Positions 26,073 through 36,700 of a DNA stretch of 61,734 nucleotides are shown in pieces (the first letter of the stretch is position 1; each line of letters starts with the position of its first letter). The notes below the pieces were generated by a model. It saw nothing but the letters and a program-made list of their open reading frames with translations. It searched no databases and was not told where the DNA came from. The DNA is taken from IMG/VR virus record IMGVR_UViG_3300037458_000572; one strand, given 5' to 3'. Source of the DNA: a virus. The position numbers and the translations under genes were made by a program.

Positions 26073-26289
26073 TTTGACCTCCGTTCGCCCCCAAAATCGT
26101 CGGCCGGTAAATAGTCGCCCATGCCCATCCGGAAACAAAAACCTTCCTCGGCCCGAAATCGCACTCCACGCGCGGCAGACACACCGATTTACCGGTCACG
26201 GCGTCCTTAACCGTCACCTGCCGATCGGTCGTCGCCTGGATGTCCGTTATTTCGCGGCAAACCCAATTCAGTTTGCGACCCATCACCAT
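26065..26289 (-). CDS. hypothetical protein
   Basis: 74 aa counted from the internal start MVMGRK. The longer ORF-track version has an implausible N-terminus. Confidence 0.4.
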   Translation of the reverse strand: MVMGRKLNWVCREITDIQATTDRQVTVKDAVTGKSVCLPRVECDFGPRKVFVSGWAWATIYRPTILGANGGQNG

Positions 26290-26482
26290 CTCCCCTTGCG
26301 CCGGCATCGTTCCACTCGGCCGCCTCGGCGCATCGCCTGGCGTCGGCCAGCGAATCCCATTTGATCGCAAAAATGCGCACGGCCCAATCGAGGATTTCAA
26401 ACGCGGCATCGCTCTGCGGGTTTTTAACGTACCGGACCCAAGCCGACTCCATCTCCCGGTATGCGGCTATCGGAACCTGCAA
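26207..26482 (-). CDS. hypothetical protein
   Basis: 91-aa ORF. The N-terminal two-thirds look protein-like. The 3' end overlaps the next gene. Confidence 0.4.
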   Translation of the reverse strand: MQVPIAAYREMESAWVRYVKNPQSDAAFEILDWAVRIFAIKWDSLADARRCAEAAEWNDAGARGDGDGSQTELGLPRNNGHPGDDRSAGDG

Positions 26483-26562
26483 CCGCTCGCACTCCGACCT
26501 GTTAAGCTCATTTTATGCGGATTTGATCCGGGCTTCTTCCGGATATACATGGTCCCGCATGA

Positions 26563-26760
26563 TCACTTACCCTCCCGGCCTTCTATGAACCTGTCCCAAT
26601 CCTCCCGCGTGTACCGACGGAACGCCTTTACCCTGGCGCAATCTTCGGACGGCAAAAGCAGATCGACCTGGGCCGCTAGTGCGTCCAGGTCGTTCAGTGT
26701 GCGGCGCCTTAGCGCCTCGATTGATTGTTTTACCAGCCTTAGTTCGTCGTAGGAACGCAT
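26563..26760 (-). CDS. hypothetical protein
   Basis: 65-aa helical-looking ORF in the early operon. Confidence 0.45.
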   Translation of the reverse strand: MRSYDELRLVKQSIEALRRRTLNDLDALAAQVDLLLPSEDCARVKAFRRYTREDWDRFIEGREGK

Positions 26761-26815
26761 GCTTGACGATCACAACTTAGAAATGTTAGTATATGACGGC
26801 GTTGATTAGCGCATA

Positions 26816-27061
26816 TCAGGTGCAGGGGGACGTAATCTTCCCGGAGCGGTGGTCGTATCGTCCAGGGAAGACCTCGGTAAGAGGCCGTCCAAGCACCCGG
26901 GCGATCTCGCAGGCCACCGTTAACGAAGTGGCCTTGCCGTCGCGCACCAGGTAAATCAAGGTTGCGCTGACGTTGAGACGCCGCGCCATCGCCGCAGGTC
27001 GGGCGCTGCTGTCCCGTATCGCGGCCTTGAACATCTCGATTTTGATTTCTTCAGGTGTCAT
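26816..27061 (-). CDS. Cro-like HTH regulator
   Basis: 81 aa with AAMARRLNVSATLIYLVRDGKA as an HTH. It is the first gene of the leftward early operon and is divergent from the cI-like gene. Confidence 0.6.
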   Translation of the reverse strand: MTPEEIKIEMFKAAIRDSSARPAAMARRLNVSATLIYLVRDGKATSLTVACEIARVLGRPLTEVFPGRYDHRSGKITSPCT

Positions 27062-27152
27062 TAGGTTTAATCTGGTTTTAATATTTCAACTTAATTTAAA
27101 TTTATTAAATGTAACTTAGATTGTCAAGCTATTTTTTCAATTAAGTTAAACT
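27062..27152. promoter_or_regulatory. divergent promoter/operator region of the lysis-lysogeny switch
   Basis: 91-bp AT-rich spacer. Leftward promoter: TTGACA (27127-27122), 17 nt, TAAATT (27104-27099). Rightward promoter: TTGTCA (27121-27126), 16 nt, TAAGTT (27143-27148), ending 4 nt before the cI-like ATG. Repeated AACTTAATT (27089), AACTTAGAT (27113) and inverted AATTAAGTT (27140). Confidence 0.6.
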
Positions 27153-27809
27153 ATGGATTCTTTAGCAAAAAGAATCAAGTCAGTCCGCATCGGCGCGGAT
27201 TTAAACCGTTCGGCCTTTGCTCGATCTTTAGGCGTTTCGGCCGCGCACATATCTGCTGTCGAAAAAGGAAAGCCGGCCAGTGAAGCTTTTTTAAAACTGG
27301 TGGCTTTAAAGTATAAGGTGCAAGAAGAATGGTTGCTTAGAGGTGCGGCCATGTCGGTATCCCAAACCCAGCAGCCATTCGAGCCGCGCGGCAAGTGGCA
27401 GCCATCGCTGACCATAGAGGAACTTACCGGGATCCACGCCGGTCTCGGCATGGGGTGCGCCGTGGATCTGCTGAGCGCGATATACGCCTCGAAAGACGAA
27501 GCGCTCATACGCGCCATATACTCTAACCTTCAGACATTCGCGGGCGCTGTTCGCGAGCGCGAAAAGCGGCTGGATATAGAGGCGGCGCTTAATAAATTAA
27601 AGTCCGAAACGAATGTTTTGCGGGAAGAGGTTTCCGAACTGCGCGCAATGGTGCTGCAGGCGCCGTCGCTGGCGGCGAATTATTTGGGACCCGAACGCCG
27701 CAACGGCGCCGACCGCCGGCAAGAAGTGGCAAACTCGACGTTGAGCAGTGACCGGCGCGGGGGGGACGACCGGCGTGGGAATGCGTTGAACAACCATAAC
27801 CATTCATAA
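27153..27809 (+). CDS. cI-like XRE-family repressor
   Basis: 218 aa with an N-terminal HTH LNRSAFARSLGVSAAHISAVEKGK and a coiled-coil-like C-terminal half. No S24 peptidase motif was seen. Confidence 0.8.
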   Translation: MDSLAKRIKSVRIGADLNRSAFARSLGVSAAHISAVEKGKPASEAFLKLVALKYKVQEEWLLRGAAMSVSQTQQPFEPRGKWQPSLTIEELTGIHAGLGMGCAVDLLSAIYASKDEALIRAIYSNLQTFAGAVREREKRLDIEAALNKLKSETNVLREEVSELRAMVLQAPSLAANYLGPERRNGADRRQEVANSTLSSDRRGGDDRRGNALNNHNHS

Positions 27810-27829
27810 CGGATTGACGGAGCATCCAG

Positions 27830-28930
27830 GTGGCCGTCATCATGCTTAAAGACGGCCGCTGGGTCGTCTACTATCGGGAGTTCCGCCCTGACGGCAAACC
27901 CTACCTCAAGCGCGAATACTTCGGCCGAGGTCCCCAGGCCGAGGCTTCTGCACGGGCAAAAGACAAAAGCTTGAACCTCGGCGCCCGCCGGCCGCAAACC
28001 GCAACGGCGGAAGGCCCCACCTTCGCCGAGATCGCCCGCGAATATTTCAACTCCCACCGCTTTGCATCTCCCGGTGCGCGTGACCAGCACCGCCTGCGCA
28101 TGGTCTCGCGCCTGCTGCCATTCTTCGGCCCGCTCGCCGCCACCCGCGTCGCCGACGCCGACCTCGACCGCTACATCGCCGCCCGCCGCCGCGACGTGAC
28201 CGATTCGACCATCCGCCGCGAACTCGTTGACCTCAAGGCAATCTTCAACTTCTCCGCCCGCCGGCGCCCGCCCCTCATCGCCTTCAATCCCGTGCGGGAC
28301 TACCGCATCCCGCGCGAAACCCTCGAAATCATCATGCCGCCGACAGACGCCGAATTTTCGGCGATCATGGATCACGCCCCCGAGCACCTCCGACGCATCC
28401 TGCTCTTATCTTACTACCTCGGGCTGCGCCCGGGGCCGGTCGAGTGCTACCGCCTGCGCTGGGAGAACTGCGATTTCGGCGCCAACACCATCCTGATCCA
28501 CGGCGCCAAGAAGGGCGGCCCGGTGAAGCGCCTCGTCCCGATCCACCCGGATCTCATGCCGCTCATGCGCCGGTGGCGGTCTCTCGACGCAGACCGCGGT
28601 ATCCCATGGGTCATCCATTGGGGCGGGAAAACCATAAACAAGATCGCCACCGCTTGGGCCAACGCGCTCGAAAACGCGGGCATCACACGCCGCCTGCGCC
28701 CCTACGACATGCGCCACCTGTTCGTAACCCGCGCGCTAGAGCGCGGGGCCGACATTAAACCCCTCGCCGAGATCGTCGGCTCTCGCCCCGAAACGCTCAT
28801 GCGGTTTTATCAGCACGTTTCCGCCGCAGCCCACCGCCACACCGTCGGCTTGATCCCACCGGCGCCTGGTAATAACGCCGCGCCCATTAAGTTATCACCA
28901 AAACGCAATATAAAACGCTGCAATATCTAA
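27830..28930 (+). CDS. int: tyrosine integrase
   Basis: 366 aa. Motifs: YYLGLRPGP (Arg), MRHLFVTR (H-x-x-R) and RFYQH (Tyr). It lies immediately downstream of the repressor gene. Confidence 0.9.
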   Translation: MAVIMLKDGRWVVYYREFRPDGKPYLKREYFGRGPQAEASARAKDKSLNLGARRPQTATAEGPTFAEIAREYFNSHRFASPGARDQHRLRMVSRLLPFFGPLAATRVADADLDRYIAARRRDVTDSTIRRELVDLKAIFNFSARRRPPLIAFNPVRDYRIPRETLEIIMPPTDAEFSAIMDHAPEHLRRILLLSYYLGLRPGPVECYRLRWENCDFGANTILIHGAKKGGPVKRLVPIHPDLMPLMRRWRSLDADRGIPWVIHWGGKTINKIATAWANALENAGITRRLRPYDMRHLFVTRALERGADIKPLAEIVGSRPETLMRFYQHVSAAAHRHTVGLIPPAPGNNAAPIKLSPKRNIKRCNI

Positions 28931-28946
28931 TAGATATGCAGCGTTT
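28913..28946 (+). terminator. near-perfect 34-bp palindrome overlapping the int stop codon (terminator and/or recombination core)
   Basis: aaacgctgcaatatcta a tagatatgcagcgttt read directly. There is a one-base bulge, and it is followed by only a short T-run. Confidence 0.5.
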
Positions 28947-29032
28947 CACTCCCCTAACAGGGTTTTTCTTGATGCCTTAACCACAAGCCCTGAACATCAT
29001 TGCGGTGGAGATAAATTTGTATCACCGACACA

Positions 29033-29272
29033 TCATATTAGATCCCAATCTGCCGGGCACTCATCACCAATTGGAACACGAAAACGTATTCGCGGGGCTC
29101 CCGATATGCTGTAAGGCTCTATCTCCCCCGGCCTTCCGCCATAAAAACAATCGCCATCGACCCATGCCAGCCTTTTCGCACAGCGGGGGGCACAGCGCTT
29201 CTTGTTTTTGGTTTCTCTTGCGCACCCGAAACACGGAGAACAATACTGGTCAGCGTTCCCGTTGCCGCGCAT
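29033..29272 (-). CDS. hypothetical Cys-rich protein
   Basis: 79-aa ORF, the last gene of the late operon. Confidence 0.4.
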   Translation of the reverse strand: MRGNGNADQYCSPCFGCARETKNKKRCAPRCAKRLAWVDGDCFYGGRPGEIEPYSISGAPRIRFRVPIGDECPADWDLI

Positions 29273-29278
29273 TTAAAA

Positions 29279-29521
29279 TCATATTTCCTTTCTGCAATGC
29301 ACCGCGCCGGCAGCGTTTTCGCACGCCTCGACGATCAGTTCCTGTTGATACTGTATAGCCTCTTTTATACTTTCGAGGCACGATAGCAGATGGTTCAAGT
29401 CTTTATCCGACAGTTCTCCATCTCTCGCCAACCGGGCATGGATGTTTTGCAGTAGATTTATGGCTTGCGATACACGGGATGCAAAGGGTTCCAGTAAACC
29501 AGTGCGTCGTTTTTTTTCCAC
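29279..29521 (-). CDS. hypothetical protein
   Basis: 80-aa helical-looking ORF. Confidence 0.45.
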   Translation of the reverse strand: MEKKRRTGLLEPFASRVSQAINLLQNIHARLARDGELSDKDLNHLLSCLESIKEAIQYQQELIVEACENAAGAVHCRKEI

Positions 29522-29528
29522 GCCAAGA

Positions 29529-29786
29529 TCACCCTATCGTATTTTTTACCCCGGAGTGCGTCCCGGTCGCCGTCGCCGCCGCGACAACCGCCGCCACCCA
29601 CTGCGAAGAGTCGTTCCAGCCGTGTGTGAGCGCTAAATAGGACAACACTCCTAAAAACAGTATAACCAGCGGAATTAGCCGGTTGGGAAATCCCGGCAGC
29701 GCATTTTTAAGAATGCCTCCGACTACCATCAGCGCCGCAATCACGCCGCCGAACTCCGTTAGATTTATGTTTATCGACCCGTCCAT
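29529..29786 (-). CDS. holin-like small membrane protein
   Basis: 85 aa with two to three hydrophobic helices (GGVIAALMVVGGIL, LIPLVILFLGVLSYLAL, VAAVVAAATA), at the end of the late operon. Confidence 0.5.
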   Translation of the reverse strand: MDGSININLTEFGGVIAALMVVGGILKNALPGFPNRLIPLVILFLGVLSYLALTHGWNDSSQWVAAVVAAATATGTHSGVKNTIG

Positions 29787-30011
29787 TTATTTTACCTCCT
29801 TTTGTTTCTGGTGTTGCGCCGCGGCCCACGCCTGCGAATCGGGGTTGCCGCAGCGGTAGCTGTTGTCTTCGAGCCGCATCCACCACATGCAGCGCCGGGC
29901 GTGGCTCGCCATGCCAAACCCGCGGCAGGCGCTTTGCTGCCCGACCGCGAAAAACCTGCATTTGGTCAGCGTTTCGTAAACGCTGCAATACGCACCGTCA
30001 TCGTCCGTCAT
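29787..30011 (-). CDS. hypothetical Cys-rich protein
   Basis: 74-aa ORF that abuts the holin-like gene. Confidence 0.4.
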   Translation of the reverse strand: MTDDDGAYCSVYETLTKCRFFAVGQQSACRGFGMASHARRCMWWMRLEDNSYRCGNPDSQAWAAAQHQKQKEVK

Positions 30012-30396
30012 CGCACGTAATGGACGGGAGCATCCCCGCCGCGCGCTCTATTCTCGGAAGACTCAACTCCAGCCGTTGCAGGATAAGAGCTAGCTGGGTT
30101 GCCATACGGGTAACATCCGATGCCAGCGCCGTATTTTTTGTCAGCAGATCCCTAAACTTCTCGCGGCCGTCTTCCAGGTCTTGTATGATTTGCCGGTGCT
30201 GCAGCACGCACATCTCTTTGTCTATTTTGTCGTCATCGAGCTGGTCAAGACTTCTCTGCGTGGCTTCAACGGCGGCTTTAAGTTCAGCCCGCACAGATCT
30301 CAACTGGTCCAGCATGTATTTTATCGCTCCTCCAAAAACCCCCGTGCAACATATCCCCGTCACGATAGCCGCCACCACCTGATTTGTCTCACCCAT
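29998..30396 (-). CDS. N-terminal TM + coiled-coil protein (spanin-like architecture)
   Basis: 132 aa with TM helix VVAAIVTGICCTGVFGGAI followed by a long charged helical region. Confidence 0.5.
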   Translation of the reverse strand: MGETNQVVAAIVTGICCTGVFGGAIKYMLDQLRSVRAELKAAVEATQRSLDQLDDDKIDKEMCVLQHRQIIQDLEDGREKFRDLLTKNTALASDVTRMATQLALILQRLELSLPRIERAAGMLPSITCDDGR

Positions 30397-30473
30397 CCCT
30401 TGGTTGTCTCCTATTGTACCTCCCCCCCTGGTCTACGCTTTCCGCGCCTCCGACCGGCGCGGGCTCAACGCCC

Positions 30474-30653
30474 TCACCTCTCGCGCCGCCCTCCTTCATT
30501 CTTGCAGCGGCGCTTTCTTTTTTCCTGCGCGTAATCCCACATTCCGTAGCACTGCCCGGCGGCCTGCTCGCGGCTCTTGCCCTCCTCGATCACGCGCGGT
30601 ATGCACCGGTTGACGAAACGCTCCATCTTCTCCCCCTTGCGCGGCTTTGGCAT
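30474..30653 (-). CDS. small conserved phage protein (MPKP..GE...F..RC....EG...QA.G.CY..W motif)
   Basis: 59 aa, translated by hand and just under the ORF-track cutoff. A strong SD, GAAGGAGGAGG, precedes it. From memory, this motif is widespread in phage genomes with unknown function. Confidence 0.5.
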   Translation of the reverse strand: MPKPRKGEKMERFVNRCIPRVIEEGKSREQAAGQCYGMWDYAQEKRKRRCKNEGGRRER

Positions 30654-30679
30654 GCGCCTCCTCCTTCATTTTTTTTCTA

Positions 30680-30709
30680 CTTAAAACCTAACACCTAAAA
30701 CCTAACACC
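30680..30709 (-). repeat. 7-nt periodic UAR repeat block, site A
   Basis: The minus strand reads GGTGTTAGGTTTTAGGTGTTAGGTTTTAAG. It starts 5 nt after the stop of the giant ORF and ends 27 nt before the next start. Confidence 0.85.
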
Positions 30710-30713
30710 GCCT

Positions 30714-33700
30714 TTATCTCTTAAACGTCTCTTTGTACCACCGCGACGCCCGCTTAACCGTCTCGCGGTCTTCCTGTGAAAGTTCGTTTAAAAACTTCGT
30801 CCGATACTTATTTGGCAGCGCGGCCAGCGGATGCGCCCGGTCAACCGAAATCTTTAAGCCTTTCATGGTCCCGCCGAGGTCCTTATACTTATTGAGATAC
30901 CGCTCGGCCGCCTTGGCGTCCCCGTACTTGATCGCGGTCTTGTACCAGTAAAGCGCGTTGCTCCGGTCGGTCGGCTCATGGAACGGCCGCTCGATGTTAC
31001 GATCCTCCAGGAACCTGCCCACCATCTCGCGCGCGCCGTAGTAGGCCGTTTCTCCCGGGTTGGCCGAATAGCTGAAGGTCCGGAGCACGTCCTCCCACAC
31101 CTGCCCGGCCACTGTGCCCTCTTTCATCGGACGGCCGGCGGCGCGCCGGTAGAACCCTTCCAAAGACAGCATCCGCGCCACGTACTCGCCACGGTCGCGG
31201 ATCGGGCGGGGGCGGGCAAAGTCGGGGTAGATCGTTTTTCCTCCGATCAGCTCGCCGAACCCTTTGATGTCCGGCCGGATCCCCTGCAGCATTTTGTTTA
31301 CGGGCTCGCGGGCGGACTGCCCCAGCCACTGGTAAACCGTTTGCTTGCCATTAACGAGGTCCCGCATGTCCTCCGGGAAGTCGTGCAGGTTGAACCAGGA
31401 AAGCGCATCGGAAAGCGCCCCTTGCAGGCGCAGCGTCATGATGCTGCCGTCCGCTCTCCGCCCGAGGATCAGGTGCATCTGCCGGCGGCCCTCTTCGCCC
31501 AGCTCTTCTTCTTCGTCCGGGAAGACGAGCGCGTTCCACAACGCGATCGCCCCGTACAGCATGAATGCCTTGGCCCCCAGGAAAGCCGCCTTCTTGCCGG
31601 CCACGGCTCCAAGCAGCGCCACCCGCCGGCCGGCCGGCTCGCCCTCTATCGAAATGTTCCGCATCAGCCGCCAGTAGCGGGGGGCGTTGATTTCAGAGTT
31701 ACCCGTTATCATCACCTGGCCGTTCTGACGCATGACCCAAGTACCGTTTGCGGTCTTTGGACACCAGACGGTCCCGGTGTAATGCTCGCGGGTGTTTTCC
31801 CACTTGTTGAGCTGAATCTTGTCCCTTTTTTTTACATAAAGGCTATAGCATTTATCTTTACCTTCGCCGCAGTTCTTGGGTCTTATATGGCCAGCCTTGC
31901 CAAGCATGTAGCAAAGTATCTGGAAGGCATCGAGGACTGGTCCGGCATTCTGCGGGAAAGCGACAAGACTATTTACTGAAGTTCCTTCCGCCGCCAGCAT
32001 TGCATCGTACATGGCTTGGCACTCATTTAAACCAAGTCGAGTCACGATTCCGGGTAGGTCGTCTTTGGATTTAAAAACAGCACGGATCGCTTTCAGCTTC
32101 TCACTTTTTAATCGGAAGCAGATAACTCCGGTGCCGCGGTGAACCGCTTCCGTTGAAATATAATCGGAAAAGTCCCGCCTGATGTTTTCAACATCGGCTT
32201 CTTTCTTCTGATAAAGCATTGCCTCAAACGATTTTGGGGAGTGCTTACGCACTCTAAAATACCCGTCAGTTACAAGCCACCCCAACAAAGCCGCATCCGT
32301 TACGGAAAGCACGCTCTGTCCCACAAACTCATGGGGGGCTACTGTTGGAATATGCTGATGAGTCTTTAAGTCTTTCGCAAAAATAAATTTGCGTTGGTCT
32401 TTGTATTTCTCGATCACGACAACCCTGTGGTCTTCGGTAAATTGATATTTAAATCCCCATGCGTTTTGAATGGTAACAAGGTCTCCGTCGAACGGAAAAA
32501 CCGCTTTATCCTGGGCTGGTTGCCATTCGGTGGTGCGCTCCTTCATATTGTATGTCAGAACTTCCTCGCCTATCACAAGCTCGGTATGGTGTTTCCATCC
32601 ACGCCGGGTAAGTATCTCGGTATGATCAGGGACGCACCACGAGTAAAACGGGATCAGCTTCCGTCGCAGCCAGCGCCCACCCTTTGAAAGCCCGCCGTAG
32701 TCGCCGATCAACTCCCGCGCCAACAGTCCCGCCTTGCGGTCGATCTCGGTGTCGTCAATCGCGTTTACCTTATTAGGCAGGCTTGCCCCATAAACCCGCT
32801 CGCCGGCCGCGACCCGCTCCTTGAAATACCGGAAAGCCGCCAGTCGCAGCACATTCTCGCGGAATTGCGTAAAATTCTTGGAACCGTGCCAGAACCGCTG
32901 GATCAGGTCGATCGCCACGTTGTCCCTGGCGCCCATCGCGCGCTCCAACTGGCGGAAATCCGCCATCTTGCCGATGTCCGGGATGTCGTGCGCCGTGATC
33001 CCGCCGATTACCCCGTGTTTCAGCGCCGTCCTGAACTCTTCTTTAAGCTCCGGGGTCATGTTTTTGTTGTAGTGATAGGCCCATAGGTCTTTTATCGCCC
33101 GGCCCGCGTACCGCAAAATGCGCGGATCGTAGGCCAGCGTTATGTCCAGATCGCCCGAGGTGTTGTTCAAATTGTATTTTATGACGCGCAGCGGATTGAT
33201 CAGTATCCACCGCTTCCACATATTCATGGTCGCCTCGGCGGCCTGCGATACCACGTTGTCCTTCGGCGATCTCTGGAAGTCGGCGCCATCCATCACCTCG
33301 GCCAGCTCCGCCGGTATTACCCAGCGCACATCCGCCCCCCGCGCCAAAACCGGCCGCACGTCGCTGGCTTCAAGCTGCCGGTTGCCCGCGAGCACCTCGC
33401 CCAGGATCTGGTCGTTGATCGAGTTGGTCATGTACCAGGCCGTGCCCGGCCGCGGCACCCACTCGGCCCACCCGGTCGACCCCGCCCGCGGCGCACGTTC
33501 CTTCATTACATCGCGCCAGGTCTTGAGTCGGCGGCCGAGGGTCTCCTTTATTTCACGGTTGCGGTCGCCGATCGCTTTGAATATCATTCGCGCCTGGGCG
33601 GCACCTTCGCCGTCCGTGTTGGCAAGCCATCCCAAATACCTAAATAGGCTACCGTCGGGGTCGAACCCAACCGTATCGGACGCATCGCGCTCGGCGAGGG

Positions 33701-36700
33701 CCTCCACCACGTTTTCAAACGGGCCTGGATCTAATCTTCCGCGCTCGGCCAGCTTGGAAATTTGACCAAGCCCCATGGCAATTTTCTGGCGATAGGGAAG
33801 CAACGGGTCGTTCTGCGGCTGGCGCATATCTGCTGCCGTTATTTCCGGCATAAGTTGCCGCAGTTGGGCGGCCTTGACCTCATAATAGTTTGATAAATTG
33901 TCGCGTTTGGCTTTTGATTTAAGCTCGCTGAGGATATTCGCGTGCTCCCCGATCTCGTCCAGCACCTGCTTTCTCGCCAGCCGTTCGAAGCCCTGGGCCA
34001 GCACTTCGAACTCGGATTCGAGGTACTTGGTGTTGTAGTCCTTGATCGAGCCCGTGCGCGCGTACTGCCACCCTGCTTTCCGCACCCGCACCTCGCCGGC
34101 TTTCTGGTCGACGCCGGCGAACCGCTTGGCGTTCGCGTATTCAAGCACTTGATGATGGAAATACCGCTCGTCGTTCAACACCTGCTCGGGGAGCATCTTT
34201 TCTTTGACCAGCTGCTTGCGCAGGTCTCCGATTGCCTGCTGACGCCGCGCGATCGCCGCCGCCGCCGCCGGTTGTCGGGCGAGCGCGGCGTCTACCCTGG
34301 CAAGCGCATCGTCCACCTCGTCCTTGCTCTGGAACCCAAAAGCGATCTCGCCCTGGCTCGCTACCATGTCCTGCCAGTCCTCCAGCACCCCGCCCGGCTC
34401 CATGTCCTTCTGCATGTCGTCGAGCACCAGCTTTAGCCCAAACAGCTTGTAGTCCTCGGCCTTGAGGTTTTTCGGGTCCAGAATGTCCTTCAACTCCATG
34501 ATCGCCCGCGCTCGGCCGTAGTCGCCCGCCTCCATGAACTCGCGCAGCAGCACATTCTCGCGGCCAAAATACCTGTTCGGCATTTTCGGGAACATCCGCC
34601 CGGGCGTAAAAGTCGCCGCCGTCATCTTGGCTTTCTCGCGGATCACGGCAAGCAGCTTCGGCTTGCCGGCCCCTTGAGCGTCCCGGTAGCGGTCGGCAAC
34701 CCCCGCCGGCAGCACATCGTCCACGATGTCGTATTCTTGCCCTTGTGGGAGCGGCGTCCTCGCCGCGATTCCTTTCTCGCCTTCGAATAACTGGTTTTGC
34801 TCGATCCCCAGGCGCCCTTCGCCAGAACGCTCGTAAATCTTTCCGCTTTCGACCTTTCGCACCACGCCGCGCGCGGTAACTGAAAAAAGCGACACCACTG
34901 AGTCTATGATGTCACGCACCAGGTCCAGCATTCCGCGCAGCGTGCCGCGGTGCTCCTTGCGGTTCAGCAGCTCCCGCGCCAGCCAGTGGGCGCGGTCCTC
35001 CGGGCCGCCGATGTCCTGCTTGTTGACGGGCGTCCACTTGCCGTTATTCGCGTCGAACCTGATCTTGGAGCGCATGGCAAGGACTTCGTTTTTTGTAATT
35101 ATGCCGGAGTCTTCAAGCCAATGCTCGCCTTCGTGCGCTATGGTGTACTCGTTCGTTCCGGCATCCCTGACGAGCTTCATTTCGCCGCGGCCTGTAAGGT
35201 ACGACCCCCGCGCTGTCACTTTTACGTTGGGATCTGGCTTTCGCCCGTAATACATCTCGACCGCCGCGCTATCGGCGGAAATATGGTCCACCACATGCAC
35301 ATAGGCCGATCGCCCGCCCTGCGTCCTGATCCATATCCCTCCCGATTTTTCATCCCGCTCGACGCTCTGGCCGCGGTAGTGCTTCCGCAGCATCTCCAGC
35401 GGCACGTCCCGCAAATCGACGCGGCGGGCGGCCTGCGGCCGCAAATCATATTTTGTGGCTTCCGCCTTGACTTTCCCCAGCCACTGATTTAGCATCTTGT
35501 CAGAGCCGGATTCGGGGAAGTTAGACGCTGTCGAACTAAGGGCAGAAATGTCGTCCCCTTCTCCGGTTCTTGTTATTTGAATGTCGGATATAAAGACGTT
35601 GTGAAGCTCGTTCCGTGCGTCCTTGATTTCTCGCACCGTCAACCGCGCAAAATAGTTCTCGCCGTCTAATTCGATTCGGTTCAGGTAGTTGTGGTACTGA
35701 AGGACATTGGTGCGCAGATGGGGCTTTCGTTCAAGTTCCGGGTAGATCGGGACGGCGCTTTCCGTGATCGAATCCAGTTGAGGGACGGCGCGCAGAATTA
35801 CCTCACGATTTTTATGGCCGGCAATTTTGTCAAAGGTCTCCATCACGAACGATATTTTGCGGCCGTCGTGACGATTTACCACCGATTTTATCGCTCGGTA
35901 CGCTTGCTCTGCGGTCTCCTTTGAAATTGGGGGAGTTTCTATCCGTATCGGATCAGCCGCCATCACCCGCTGAAACTTCTCAAATTCGGAAGCCTCGCGC
36001 CCCGCCAGTGAATACAACTCACCCCCCCGATCGGTATCGCCGGCCAGAGCGGCTTCATTCGGTTTCGGCGGAGATTCCTTAATCGCATCCTGCACCGCGG
36101 CGCGGTATTCGTCTTCCAGCGGAATGTCGACGCCGGCGATCTTGCCGGCGGGTTTGGCCAGCTCGAAGTGCTGCTTTGCGACGGCGCGCAGGTCTTCAGG
36201 AACTTTTTCAGCGGCCGCAACCAGTTTCTTGAACTCGGATTCACCGGTTCGCTCAAGTTTTTCCTTGGCAGCTTCAATAACCTGTTTCCTTGTGCCGGCG
36301 CGGCTTTCGATAGCCAACCCGGTCGTTGCTTCAGAAACTGTCCAAGAAAATTCTTCGCCGGGTATATTGTGCGTGAATGTTTCAGCCCATGTGACTATTT
36401 TAGCGGGACGGGCATGCGGGACGGGCTTGAACCCTTGATTCGTGAAAATATAAAATTCAGCTTTTGGGGTAGGCGCTTCTTCAGCAGTTGCATCCGCGCC
36501 ACCCTCTATTCCGACTTCCGCCTTCGCACTTCCGCCTTCCTCATCTGCTTCCCGCTCGATGTTTGCGAAATTAAGCAGGTTCCTTATCGCGTTGCCTTCG
36601 TCGGCAACAGCACGGTTCACTAGGGACGGCAGCGCCTGCAGCTCGCGCTCGATCTCGGCCAGGCGCTGCTCGGTGGCGGCCAGTTCGTCGGTCTGCTTGA

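Noticed and set aside
27680-28387. 235-aa ORF antisense to the integrase and repressor genes.
   Set aside because: It is antisense to a gene with clear catalytic motifs. Its composition is typical of the reverse frame of a GC-rich coding sequence.
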